From an uncultured Actinomycetes bacterium (GTDB lineage: Bacteria; Actinomycetota; Acidimicrobiia; IMCC26256; DASPTH01): DNA of 64,000 nucleotides. Of the stretch, positions 18,053 to 27,180 are shown one piece after another. A model generated the notes under the pieces. That model had not been told where the DNA came from. It made no database searches and worked only from the letters and a program-made list of their open reading frames with translations. Within the stretch, counting starts at the first letter, position 1. Each line of letters opens with the position of its first letter. The position numbers and the translations under genes are program-made. Location of the stretch: contig CAWARX010000002.1 in assembly GCA_963784595.1 (NCBI GenBank), forward strand, positions 34,057 through 98,056, read 5' to 3'.

Positions 18053-18973
18053 CATGCCGGCGCGTTCACCGCGGGTGACGAACTTCAACGCCATCTTGCG
18101 GCTCGCCTCGTCGATCATCTCGTCGCCGAACATCACCGCGCCGCGCCGATCGCCCTCCGTCGTGGCCTTCTCGTACGCCTCGAGGATGTCGAACGCGTGG
18201 TCGAACTGCTCCTGCGTCGGTGTGAACACCTCGTTGATCACCGCGACCTGGTCGGGGTGGAGCGCCCACTTGCCGTCGTAGCCGAGGATGCGCGTGCGCA
18301 TCGCGTAGTCGCGCAGCGCGTCGATCTCCCGGATCTTGAGGAACGGCCCGTCGATCACCTGGAGCCCGTTGGCCCGCCCGGCCATCAGGATCTTCGAGAA
18401 CGTGTAGTGGAAGTGGTCACCCGGGTACTCGGGGATCTGCACGCCGCCGGTCAGCACCGGCATCTCGGTGGACGCGGCGAAGTCGGCGGGCCCGAACACG
18501 ATGGTCTCCATGCGGGGTGACGCCGCACAGATCTCTTCGACGTTGATGAGCCCGCGCGCGGTCTCGATCTGCGCCTCGATGCCGACGTGGCTCTCGCGCC
18601 CGATGGTCTCCTCGATCTGGGTGAGGAGCAGGTCGAGGGCGACGACGTCGCTGGCGTACTGGACCTTCGGCAGCATGAGCTCGTCGAGACGCTCACCCGC
18701 GTTCTCGACGATGGTGATGACGTCGCGGTAGGTCCACTTCGTGTCCCATGCGTTCACCCGCACGCAGACGACGGTGTCGCCCCAGTCCAGCTCCCGGATC
18801 GCGCGCACGACGTTGTCGCGGGCGGCTTCCTTCTCGAGCGGCGCCACCGAGTCCTCGAGGTCGAGGAACACCATGTCGGCGCCCAGGCCGGGCGCCTTGC
18901 CGAGCATCTTCTCGCTCGAACCGGGCACGGCCAGACAGGTGCGGCGGGGCAGGTTCCGGGATCGTTCAGACAT
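18041..18973 (-). CDS. HpcH/HpaI aldolase / citrate lyase beta (CitE) family protein, malyl-CoA lyase-like
   Basis: From ORF 18041..19867, start at ATG 18973 (MSERSRNLPRRTCLAVPGSS...DLEDSVAP...GKWALHPDQV). Confidence 0.85.
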   Translation of the reverse strand: MSERSRNLPRRTCLAVPGSSEKMLGKAPGLGADMVFLDLEDSVAPLEKEAARDNVVRAIRELDWGDTVVCVRVNAWDTKWTYRDVITIVENAGERLDELMLPKVQYASDVVALDLLLTQIEETIGRESHVGIEAQIETARGLINVEEICAASPRMETIVFGPADFAASTEMPVLTGGVQIPEYPGDHFHYTFSKILMAGRANGLQVIDGPFLKIREIDALRDYAMRTRILGYDGKWALHPDQVAVINEVFTPTQEQFDHAFDILEAYEKATTEGDRRGAVMFGDEMIDEASRKMALKFVTRGERAGMSRS

Positions 18974-19030
18974 GTCCTGGAGGGTAACCGGCAGGCCGCG
19001 CCCATCCGGAGCCCGGCATACCCTGAACCG

Positions 19031-19864
19031 ATGGCTGACGACCTCTCCCTCACCGAGCTCGGCGACGGCGTGTACGCGTGGCTCCTCCCCGGAGGCGAGA
19101 CCGGCGTCGCCAACGCCGGCGTGGTGGTCGAGGACGACGGCATCACCGTGATCGACACCCTCATGGTGCGGTCGCAGTGGGAGCCGTTCGCGGCCGCGGT
19201 CGCGGAGTTGGGGGCCCCGGTGCGCCGCACGATCCTCACCCACGCGCACATCGACCACGTGGGGGGCACGAAGGCCTTCCCCAACTCGGCGATCTACGGC
19301 ACGCCGGTCACGAGCGACGCGCTCGACGAGGCCATGCCCATCGACGGCTACAAGCAGTTCATGCCCGCGTTCGACGAGGAGTTCGACGACCTCGCCGAGC
19401 TCGGCACACGCGCGGTCACGCATCTGGTCGAAGGCGCGGCGCAGCTCACGCCGCGCATCGAGGTCCTTCCCGCGCCGGGCCACACCGCGGGCGACCTCGT
19501 CGTGCTCGTGCCCGACGTCGACGTGTGCTTCGCGGGCGACCTCTGCTTCTTCGGCGTGACCCCGCTCGCGTTCCAGGGTGATCCGGCCATGTGGGCCGAC
19601 GTGCTCGACGCGGTGGTGGAGCTCGCCGACGTGATCGTGCCCGGGCACGGACCCATCGGCGGTGAGGCCGAGGTGCGCGAACTCCAGGCCTACCTGCGCG
19701 CGTGCGTCGCCGCGAACGGCGACGTCGCCGCCATCCCGAAGGGCCCGTGGGACACCTGGATCGACCGCGAGCGCGACGTCATCAACGTCGAGCGGGCGGC
19801 GCTGCTCGCCGCCGGTGACGATGCGATGCCGCCCTCGATGTTGAAGGCGATCGGGCTCGCCTGA
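19031..19864 (+). CDS. MBL fold metallo-hydrolase
   Basis: The frame of ORF 18587..19864 is used from the ATG at 19031. Motifs THAHIDHVGG and PAPGHTAGD. Confidence 0.85.
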   Translation: MADDLSLTELGDGVYAWLLPGGETGVANAGVVVEDDGITVIDTLMVRSQWEPFAAAVAELGAPVRRTILTHAHIDHVGGTKAFPNSAIYGTPVTSDALDEAMPIDGYKQFMPAFDEEFDDLAELGTRAVTHLVEGAAQLTPRIEVLPAPGHTAGDLVVLVPDVDVCFAGDLCFFGVTPLAFQGDPAMWADVLDAVVELADVIVPGHGPIGGEAEVRELQAYLRACVAANGDVAAIPKGPWDTWIDRERDVINVERAALLAAGDDAMPPSMLKAIGLA

Positions 19865-19895
19865 CACGACCCGGGAGCACGGCTCCCGGCCGCGA

Positions 19896-20579
19896 CTACT
19901 TCACGTGCTCGCGGAAGAAGGCGAGCGTGCGGTTCCAGGCGGTTTCCGAGTGTGCCTCGTGGTACACCTCGGGTCGGTGGTGGTTGGTGAAGGCGTGCTC
20001 GGTGCCCGGATACACGAAGAACTCGTACTCCTTGCCGAGGCGCCCCAGCTCCTCCTCGAGCGCCGCGACCGCGGGCGGGCCCGCGAAGTCGTCGTTCTCG
20101 GCGTAGTGGCCCTGGACCGGTGCCTCCAGGCGTGAGAAGTCGGGCGGCATCGGCCAGCCGGCGACGCCGTAGTACGGCGCGACCGCCACGATCAGGTCGG
20201 GCTTCAGCGTCGCCAGCCAGAGCGCGAGCGCACCACCCATGCAGAAGCCGATCACACCGACACCCTTCGACGTGACCGCCGGGTACGCGACCAGGTATTC
20301 GACCGCGCCGGACATGTCCTTGGCGGCCCGCTCGATGTTCAGGGACATCATCAGCTTGCCGGCCTCGTCGGGCTCCTTCGTCACCACGCCGCGGTAGATG
20401 TCGGGCGCGAGCGCGACGAAGCCCTCGGAGGCGAACCGGTCGCACACCTCCTTGATCTGGTCGTTGACGCCCCACCACTCCTGGAGCACGACCACACCGG
20501 GGCCGGAGCCCGAGGTGGGGACGGCCAGATACCCCTGACCCTCGGTGCCATTGCTCGGGAAGTCGACCTTCTCGCCCAT
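19896..20579 (-). CDS. dienelactone hydrolase family protein
   Basis: Nucleophile elbow GFCMGG and a typical DLH length. ATG at 20579. Confidence 0.9.
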   Translation of the reverse strand: MGEKVDFPSNGTEGQGYLAVPTSGSGPGVVVLQEWWGVNDQIKEVCDRFASEGFVALAPDIYRGVVTKEPDEAGKLMMSLNIERAAKDMSGAVEYLVAYPAVTSKGVGVIGFCMGGALALWLATLKPDLIVAVAPYYGVAGWPMPPDFSRLEAPVQGHYAENDDFAGPPAVAALEEELGRLGKEYEFFVYPGTEHAFTNHHRPEVYHEAHSETAWNRTLAFFREHVK

Positions 20580-20677
20580 GTGCACGCTCCCTGTCTCGTC
20601 CCGCGGAGGCTACGCGCTACCGTCGTGCCGTTCCAGAACGTGCCGATTCCGGAGGCACGTGTTCCGCGGAGGACGGC

Positions 20678-21157
20678 GTGGCGAAGAATCCCGATCCGAA
20701 CATCAAGCTCGGCAGCACGAAGGGCGTGACGCGGACGCTCGACGACTGGTCGACGATGTTCCACCTCTGTCTCGTGATCCTGCCGCCGCGTCCGGAAGCG
20801 GCGATGTTCATCCCGATCGCCAAGCGCATCTTCCAGGTGTTCGGCGACGCCGACTGCCGGACCGCGTTCTGCGTCGTCGGCAACGAGTTCATCGCCCGTG
20901 GCGTCCTCGGCGCCGCCGAGGACGACTACCTCGCCTTCGTCGATCCCGGCGGCGAGTTCGTCGCCAGCCTGGGGCTCACCCACCTGCCGGCGTTCGTCCA
21001 CCTCCGCCAGGACACCACGGTGGTGGCGGCAGCCGAGGGCTGGGACCCCGTGGCCTGGCAGGCGGTGGCCAAGGAGATCGCCAAGGCGATGGCCTGGAGC
21101 GTCCCCACGGTGGCCGGACCCGGTGACCCGCCTCCCACCCCCGGCTGGCCCGTCTGA
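20678..21157 (+). CDS. conserved hypothetical protein (thioredoxin-fold-like, no CxxC)
   Basis: 159-aa ORF with a GTG start and normal composition. Confidence 0.6.
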   Translation: MAKNPDPNIKLGSTKGVTRTLDDWSTMFHLCLVILPPRPEAAMFIPIAKRIFQVFGDADCRTAFCVVGNEFIARGVLGAAEDDYLAFVDPGGEFVASLGLTHLPAFVHLRQDTTVVAAAEGWDPVAWQAVAKEIAKAMAWSVPTVAGPGDPPPTPGWPV

Positions 21158-21300
21158 AGCCCGTTCCGCATGACGGGGAATTGAATCTCCCCCCTGACCT
21201 GCGCAAACGCCGGGGCGCGCCCGCACAATGCTGGCGTCGGGCACTGCGGTTCGCTAGGGTGCCCCCAAGTCCGTACCCGGCGTGCCGAGCGTGCGGACTG
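21153..21300 (+). promoter_or_regulatory. structured 5' leader of the NlpC/P60 gene; weak candidate c-di-AMP (ydaO-type) riboswitch
   Basis: GAAGCC (21156-61), ACGGGGAATTGAATCT (21173-88), TAGGGTGCC (21255-63) and CCCAAGTCCG (21264-73) partly resemble ydaO conserved blocks. The ACAGCUAA block is absent. Confidence 0.25.
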
Positions 21301-21330
21301 TTGTGGTTGTGTTGTGGTTCTGTTCTTGTT
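21268..21330 (+). terminator. attenuator-like hairpin followed by a G/T-only tract in the NlpC/P60 leader
   Basis: AGTCCGTAC (21268-76) pairs with GTGCGGACT (21291-99): 9 bp including one G-U pair, with a 14-nt loop. It is followed by gttgtggttgtgttgtggttctgttcttgtt. Confidence 0.35.
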
Positions 21331-21398
21331 CGTCGTCAATGTTGTGCACGCCCCGTGTTCAGCAAGGACCGAAACGGCCTCGCCGGAGGAGTCCCCAT

Positions 21399-22503
21399 AT
21401 GAACCGCCGAGCGTTCCGGCTCGTCCCGCTCGCCCTCGTGGTCGCGACGGTGGGTGCCCTGCTGGCGCCGGCGGTGGCGACGGCCGACCCGATCAGCGAC
21501 AAGCAGGCGGAAGCCGCCCAGCTCGACGCGCAGATCAACAGCAACGCCGAGAAGCTCAGCGCTCTCAACGAGCAGATCAACTCCGCCCGGAACCAGCTCG
21601 CGGAGGCCAACGCCCAGATCAAGGCCGCCGACGACCTCGTCGCCGCCGCCCAGGCGAAGACGAAGGAGCTCCGCTCCGAGGTCGCGCGCCGCGCGGCCGC
21701 CGTCTACACGCAGAGCGGCTCCACCGACGGCATCGAGCAGCTCGACGCGGCGAACGCGCAGGACCTGTCGACCAAGCAGAAGTACAGCTCGTTGGCCGCG
21801 CAGCGCGACAACCAGATCGTCAACGAGCTGGCCCAAGCGAAGGAGCAGCTCGCGGCGCGCAAGGCCGACGCCGAACAGGCCCGCCAGACCGCGGCAGGAG
21901 CAGGCCGACGCGATCCAGGCCCAGACGGACAAGCTCGACGCCGGCCAGGCCGACCTGGTCAAGCTGCAGTCGAAGGTCACGGGCGAGCTCGCCGCCCTCG
22001 TCCAGAAGGCGGAAGAGGAGCGCCAGGCCCGTGAGGCCGCCGCGGCGCGCGCGCAGTACAGCCTCCTGGTCCAGAACGCGGCCGCCGACACCGGCGGTGG
22101 CGGTGGCGGCGGCGGCGGTGGTGGCGGCGGCGGTGGCGGCCCGTCGGCCACTCCCCCTCCCGCGAGCGGCAGCGTCGGTGCGGTGCTCGCCTACGCCTAC
22201 GCCCAGCTCGGCAAGCCCTACTGCTACGCCGGCGTCGGCCCCAGCTGCTACGACTGCTCGGGTCTCACCATGATGGCGTGGGCGCAGGCGGGCGTGACGA
22301 TGTCGCACGGGTCCTACGACCAGATGGCCTCGTTCCCGAGCGTCTCCATGGACCAGCTCCAGCCAGGTGACCTCGTCTTCTGGGACGGCCACGTCGGCAT
22401 CTACGTGGGGAACGGCAGCGTGCTCCATGCGCCCCATACGGGGACCGTCGTCCAGATCACCCCGATCTGGCCCGGCGTCATCGGCGCCGTCCGCCCCGGC
22501 TGA
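21399..22503 (+). pseudogene. NlpC/P60 family peptidoglycan endopeptidase (RipA-like: signal peptide, coiled coil, poly-Gly linker), with one +1 frame change
   Basis: The N-terminal part is in ORF 21282..22034 (MNRRAFRLVPLALVVATVGALLAPAVATA, RBS GGAGGA). The C-terminal part is in ORF 21454..22503 (DCSGLT, GHVGIYVG, HAPHTG). The switch lies at an extra G at about 21897-98. Confidence 0.8.
22093..22140 (+). repeat. (GGY)16 trinucleotide run encoding a 16-residue poly-glycine linker
   Basis: ggcggtggcggtggcggcggcggcggtggtggcggcggcggtggcggc, read directly from the sequence. Confidence 0.95.
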
Positions 22504-22547
22504 ATCCCCCCCAAGACGCGCACCGACCGGCGTCAATCGGGCGCGAA

Positions 22548-22553
22548 TAGTGT
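22548..22553 (+). promoter_or_regulatory. -10-like hexamer TAGTGT, 6 nt upstream of the selD ATG (leaderless candidate)
   Basis: TAnnnT hexamer at 22548-53 and ATG at 22560. No Shine-Dalgarno sequence lies between them. Confidence 0.3.
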
Positions 22554-22559
22554 GCCCGG

Positions 22560-23617
22560 ATGACGCCGGTGCGGTTGACGGAGTTCTCGCACGGCGCCGG
22601 CTGCGCCTGCAAGCTCTCGCCGACCGATCTGCGCACCGTCCTCGGGCTGGTGCGAGGGCTGGGCGACGCGCCCACTGACCCCGACCTGCTCGTCGGCCTC
22701 GACACCGCCGACGACGCCGCGGTCTACCGCCTGCGCGACGACCTCGCCATCGTCGTCACCACCGACTTCTTCACACCGATCGTCGACGACCCGTACGACT
22801 GGGGACGGATCGCGGCCACCAACGCGCTGTCCGACGTCTACGCGATGGGCGGTGCGCCGCTGCTCGTGCTCAACCTCGTCGCCTGGCCCCGGGAGGGCCT
22901 GCCCTTCGAGCTGCTCGCCGCGTGCTCGACGGCGGCAACGACGTGGTGCGCTCGGCCGGTGCGCTCGTCGGGGGCGGCCACTCGATCGACGACACGGAAC
23001 CCAAGTTCGGGCTCGCGGTCGTCGGCACCGTGGATCCGGCGCGCGTCCTCACCAACCGCGGCGCTCGGGCGGGCGACGTGCTCGTGCTCACCAAGCCCAT
23101 CGGGCTCGGGGTCATCTCCACCGCGCTGAAGCGCGGCGCGGCGGCCCCGGCCGTGGTCGACGAGGCCATCCGCGTGATGACGACGTTGAACGCGGACGCG
23201 CGTGACGCCGCGCTGGCCGTCGGCGACGCGCTGCACGCCGCCACCGACGTCACCGGCTTCGGGTTCCTCGGGCACCTCCGCGAGCTCCTCGTCGGTTCGG
23301 GGCTCGCCGCCCAGGTCGACGCCGCCGCGGTGCCCGTGATCGACGGCGTGCGCGCGCTGCTCGCCGACGGCATGGTCGCGGGCGGCACGCAGCGCAACCA
23401 CGCGCACGTCGACGGTTCGGTGGAGTGGAACGGCCTGGCAACCGGAGAGCAGCTGCTGCTCGCCGACGCGCAGACCTCCGGCGGGCTGCTGCTCGCGGTC
23501 GCGCCGGACTCCGCCGACGCGCTCGTGGGCGAGCTCGACGCGCGCGGCACCCTCGCGTCGGCGATCGTCGGCACCACCGTGCCCGGCACCGCCGGGCACG
23601 TCACGATCAGGGGATGA
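22560..23617 (+). pseudogene. selD: selenide, water dikinase SelD (Cys-type), with one -1 frame change
   Basis: N-terminal ORF 22560..23129 (SHGAGCACKLSP, DFFTPIVDDPYDWGRIAATNALSDVYAMGG). C-terminal ORF 22922..23617 (GGHSIDD...TDVTGFGFLGH). One base is missing at about 22920-22922. Confidence 0.85.
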
Positions 23618-24620
23618 CGAGCATCCCCAGCTCCGCCTCCAGCTGGGGACGGGGCTTGGCCCCGAGGGACGCGCGCTCCATCCGGCCGTTGCGGAACAGC
23701 CCGATGAGCGGGATGCTCTGCACCTCGTACTCCTGCGCGAGCGCCGGCTCCTCGTCGATGTTGACCTTCACGACCTTGTAGGAGCCCTGGCGCATCGCCG
23801 CGATCTGTTCGACGACGGGCCCGACCTGGCGGCAGGGGCCGCACCACGGCGCCCAGAAGTCGACGATCACCGGCACGTCGGAGCCGAGCACCTCGGTCGG
23901 GAAGCTGGCGGTGGTCACCGGCTTCACCAGCCCCTCGGGCGGGGGCTCGGGGAGCGGCTCGGACGGGCGCTCCCCCGCCCGCACGGCATCGAGCCACCCG
24001 TGGGCCTGTTGCACGCTCTCGAGCGCCACCTCGTGGCCCATCGGGTACTCGCCGAACACCACCGGCACCCCGGCACCTGCCAGCGCCTCGGCCAGCTCCC
24101 GGGTCCCGGCGACCGGGACCATCGGGTCGTCGGTGCCGTGCTGGAGCAGCACGGCGACCTCACGCGCCGCCTCGAGGTCCACCTGGAGCGCCCGCGGCGG
24201 CAGGAAGGGGCTCATGGCGAGCACGCCGGCCGGGCGGGTCCGGTCCCCCGGCCCGAGGGCGAGCGCGAGCGCGAGCCCCGCGCCCTGGGAGAACCCGCCG
24301 ACCACGGCCTGGTCACGCGACAACCCGTGCTCCGCGCACGCGGCGTCGAGCAGGTCGTCGACGGCCCCGAGCGCCTCGGCGAAGCCCTCGGCGAGGGCGG
24401 CCTCGGGGTCGGCCGCCTGGGCCAGCCCGGCCATGTCGAACCACGAGAACCCGGGCGGCGCGGCGACGGGACCGCGCGGGAGCACGGTCACGAAACACCC
24501 TTCGGGGTCGAGGTAGCTCAGCAGGCCACCGAGGTCACGCTCGTCGGCACCGAAGCCGTGCAGGAGCAGCAGGAGACGCTCGGACGCGCTCCCCTGCACC
24601 ACGTTGGTCACCAGGTCCAT
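23607..24620 (-). CDS. fusion protein: phospholipase/carboxylesterase-type alpha/beta hydrolase (N-terminal) plus thioredoxin (C-terminal)
   Basis: 337 aa. GFSQGAG nucleophile elbow in the first 215 aa, a Pro-rich linker (PSEPLPEPPPEG), then a thioredoxin domain with WAPWCGPC. Confidence 0.85.
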   Translation of the reverse strand: MDLVTNVVQGSASERLLLLLHGFGADERDLGGLLSYLDPEGCFVTVLPRGPVAAPPGFSWFDMAGLAQAADPEAALAEGFAEALGAVDDLLDAACAEHGLSRDQAVVGGFSQGAGLALALALGPGDRTRPAGVLAMSPFLPPRALQVDLEAAREVAVLLQHGTDDPMVPVAGTRELAEALAGAGVPVVFGEYPMGHEVALESVQQAHGWLDAVRAGERPSEPLPEPPPEGLVKPVTTASFPTEVLGSDVPVIVDFWAPWCGPCRQVGPVVEQIAAMRQGSYKVVKVNIDEEPALAQEYEVQSIPLIGLFRNGRMERASLGAKPRPQLEAELGMLVIP

Positions 24621-24649
24621 CAGGAATCTCCCTCCACGCGGCCGGTCGT

Positions 24650-25468
24650 TCAGAACAGGTAGTTGAGCTGGTGGACGACCTGCCCCCCAAGCTCCACGTC
24701 ACCGTCGATGGCGACGGCGCCGAGCACCAGCGCCTCCGACGGGTCCGTACGCCCCGACGCGAGCCGGCTGTACGCCTCGGCGTCGACGGTGACGGTGACG
24801 GTCGGCTCCGCGGGGACCGCCTCGAGCACCCTCGCACGGCCGTCGACGACGCCGACGGCGATGGTGCGGGCGAGCGGGCCGGTCAACACGAGCACGACGG
24901 TGGAACCGTCGGAGGCCCCCACCTTCTTCCCGACCACGTAGGGCAGCACGTCGACCATCATCGACAACGCCAGCTCGGCGGCCGGCGAATCGAGGTCGCC
25001 GGGGCGGCCGACGGCGCGGCGCATGTCCTGCTCGTGCACCCAGGAGTCGAAGATCCGGAACGGCAGGAGGCTGCGCACGGTGCCGGGACCCATCGGGGTC
25101 CACGACTCGGCACCGAACCCCGCGGCGTCAAGGGCGCGGAGCTGCCCGATCCGGGCCCGGGTCGCGGCGCGGAACTCCTCGAGCGCGTCGGCGCCGGTCC
25201 ACCCCCGGCGCGACTCGATCCACCGCTCGTTGGCCCGGCCGGCGTCGTTCTTCACGTGCGGGAGATCGTCGGGGACATCCTCTGCGGGGAGCGGATCACC
25301 GAGGATGAACCGCTCGAGCGCGGTGAGGTGCACGAGGTTGTCCTGGACCGTCCAGCCCGGACACTCGGTCGGACGCTTCCACTCCGTTTCGTCGAGGTCG
25401 CCCGCGAACGCGTCGATGGAGCCCCACACCTGTTCGAGCATGTCGACCAGCTGCTCATCCGTCGCCAT
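24650..25468 (-). CDS. maleylpyruvate isomerase family mycothiol-dependent enzyme (DinB-like N-terminal domain plus SCP-like C-terminal domain)
   Basis: WKRPTECPGWTVQDNLVHL signature. 272 aa. Confidence 0.8.
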   Translation of the reverse strand: MATDEQLVDMLEQVWGSIDAFAGDLDETEWKRPTECPGWTVQDNLVHLTALERFILGDPLPAEDVPDDLPHVKNDAGRANERWIESRRGWTGADALEEFRAATRARIGQLRALDAAGFGAESWTPMGPGTVRSLLPFRIFDSWVHEQDMRRAVGRPGDLDSPAAELALSMMVDVLPYVVGKKVGASDGSTVVLVLTGPLARTIAVGVVDGRARVLEAVPAEPTVTVTVDAEAYSRLASGRTDPSEALVLGAVAIDGDVELGGQVVHQLNYLF

Positions 25469-25517
25469 CGGAGCTCCTCGTTCGGCCAGTGACGATCCGC
25501 CGGCTCATCGTGGCACG

Positions 25518-26333
25518 TCAGGGCAGGCGGAGTCGCACGCGTCGGACGGCGTGATCGGGGCCCTTCTCCAGGATCACGTCGCAGCCGTCACGCGTCGGCA
25601 GGATGTGCTCCTGGAGGTTGACGTGGTTGATCGCGCCCCAGACCTGCCGCGCGAACGCCGCCGCCTCGGATTCCGAGTACCCGCGGAAATGGCGGAAGAA
25701 CGAGGAATCGCCCGATCGCGCCGCGGCGCACAGCTCGAGGAACCGGGTCACGTACCACGCCTCGATGTCGGCTTCCTCGGCATCGAGGTACACCGAGAGG
25801 TCGACGTGGTCGTCGGGGAACGGCAGACCCTCGAGGATCAGGACCGCCGGCCGGCGCACCACCTGCGCCGCGCCGTCGACGACGTCGTACGTGCTGTGCG
25901 AGTACACGGGCGCGCTGACCGACGCCGCGCCCGAGCGCACCGCGGCCAGGAAGGCCACGAGGGCATCGTGGTCGAACGTCTCGGGAAAGCCCTTGCGGTC
26001 CGCCAGTCCCCGCTCGCTGAGGACGCGGTTCGGGAAGAGGAAACCGTCGGTGCCGACGACATCGACGGCCTGCGCGGGAGGCCCGGACCCGAGCACGGCG
26101 GCGAGCGCGGCCGCGGCCGCGCTCTTGCCGACGGCCACGCTCCCCGTGATGGCCACCACGAACGGTCGCTCGCTCACCGTGCGCGTGACGACGAGATCGG
26201 CCAGCGGGAGGTACACGTCGAGCAGCTCGGCCGGGGGGACCGTGCCCGCCGACGCGGGGACCCGTCGGATGGAGCGACGCAAGCGCGCCCACTGCTCCCG
26301 GTCGTACTCCTCGTAACGCGCCACGGCGCACAC
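25518..26333 (-). CDS. coaA: type I pantothenate kinase
   Basis: P-loop ITGSVAVGKS, plus FPNRVLSERGLADRKGFPETFD and YSHSTYD blocks typical of CoaA. Confidence 0.85.
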   Translation of the reverse strand: MCAVARYEEYDREQWARLRRSIRRVPASAGTVPPAELLDVYLPLADLVVTRTVSERPFVVAITGSVAVGKSAAAAALAAVLGSGPPAQAVDVVGTDGFLFPNRVLSERGLADRKGFPETFDHDALVAFLAAVRSGAASVSAPVYSHSTYDVVDGAAQVVRRPAVLILEGLPFPDDHVDLSVYLDAEEADIEAWYVTRFLELCAAARSGDSSFFRHFRGYSESEAAAFARQVWGAINHVNLQEHILPTRDGCDVILEKGPDHAVRRVRLRLP

Positions 26334-26348
26334 GCTACGACGCGCCGG

Positions 26349-27074
26349 TCAGGCCGACGCGCGGATCCGTTCGTCGTGGCGGCCGTCGTACGCGTCGCCC
26401 AGGTCGAACAGCGCGCGCTCGCAGTCGCCGTCGAACGACGGGCCGTGCATGAGCGCGAGCGTCGCCGGGGCGAGCTCGGCGAGACCCCGGATCGTGGCCC
26501 CGGTCGCCGGCGTGAGGCAGGTCGCGCCGAACACGTCTTCGGCCGCGAGCGCGGGACCGACGATGTCGTCGCTGGTGATCGCGCTGCTGGAACCGGTGGC
26601 GGTGAAGAGGTCCCCGCAGAAGAGGGTGGCGGTCGATTCCTCGAACAGCAGGCCGGCGTCCCAACCGTGCGGGATGTGGGGCGTGCTCAGGTGACGGACC
26701 TGGCGGCCGCCGAGATCGATGACCTCGCCGTGCTGGAGCGGTCGCGGCTCGCGGTCGGCGGTGTCGTCGATCGAGACCATGCACCCGATCGCGGTGTGCG
26801 CGATGGTCGCACCCGGCGCGACCGCCAGCCAGTCGTTCATCGAGCCACACTCGTCGGCCTCGTAGTGGCCGAACGTGATCCACTGGATCCGTTGGAGCGG
26901 CATGATCCGGGCGACCGCCCGCGAGACGAGCGGGAACATGCGCCGCGGGCCGGTGTGGAACAGCAGGGGCTCGTCCGCCTCGACGAGGAACTGGTTGAAC
27001 ATGAAGTCGGCTTCGGGCACGTAGGTCGAGAAGCGGTGGATGCCATCGGCGATCTCGTCACTCGTCGTCTCCAT
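26349..27074 (-). CDS. MBL-fold-like protein (atypical metal motif)
   Basis: The frame of ORF 26349..27623 is used from the ATG at 27074 (METTSDEIADGIHRF...). Lactamase-like fold with GHYEADECG in place of the canonical HxHxDH. Confidence 0.65.
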   Translation of the reverse strand: METTSDEIADGIHRFSTYVPEADFMFNQFLVEADEPLLFHTGPRRMFPLVSRAVARIMPLQRIQWITFGHYEADECGSMNDWLAVAPGATIAHTAIGCMVSIDDTADREPRPLQHGEVIDLGGRQVRHLSTPHIPHGWDAGLLFEESTATLFCGDLFTATGSSSAITSDDIVGPALAAEDVFGATCLTPATGATIRGLAELAPATLALMHGPSFDGDCERALFDLGDAYDGRHDERIRASA

Positions 27075-27180
27075 CGGAACCTCCGGGTCGGTGCGCCCCA
27101 GCGTGCCACGTCCGGCCCGATGCCTTTGTGGCCGCGGGGCTGCGGACGTTAGGTTCGCCCCCTGACCACGAGGGGGAACG

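Noticed and set aside
7936-18973. MaoC dehydratase (7936..8451) and CitE-like lyase (18041..18973) as an itaconate or methylmalyl-CoA-type degradation pair.
   Set aside because: In characterised systems the genes are adjacent. Here they are 10 kb apart, on unrelated transcription units, with no CoA-transferase next to either. A functional link cannot be supported from this window.
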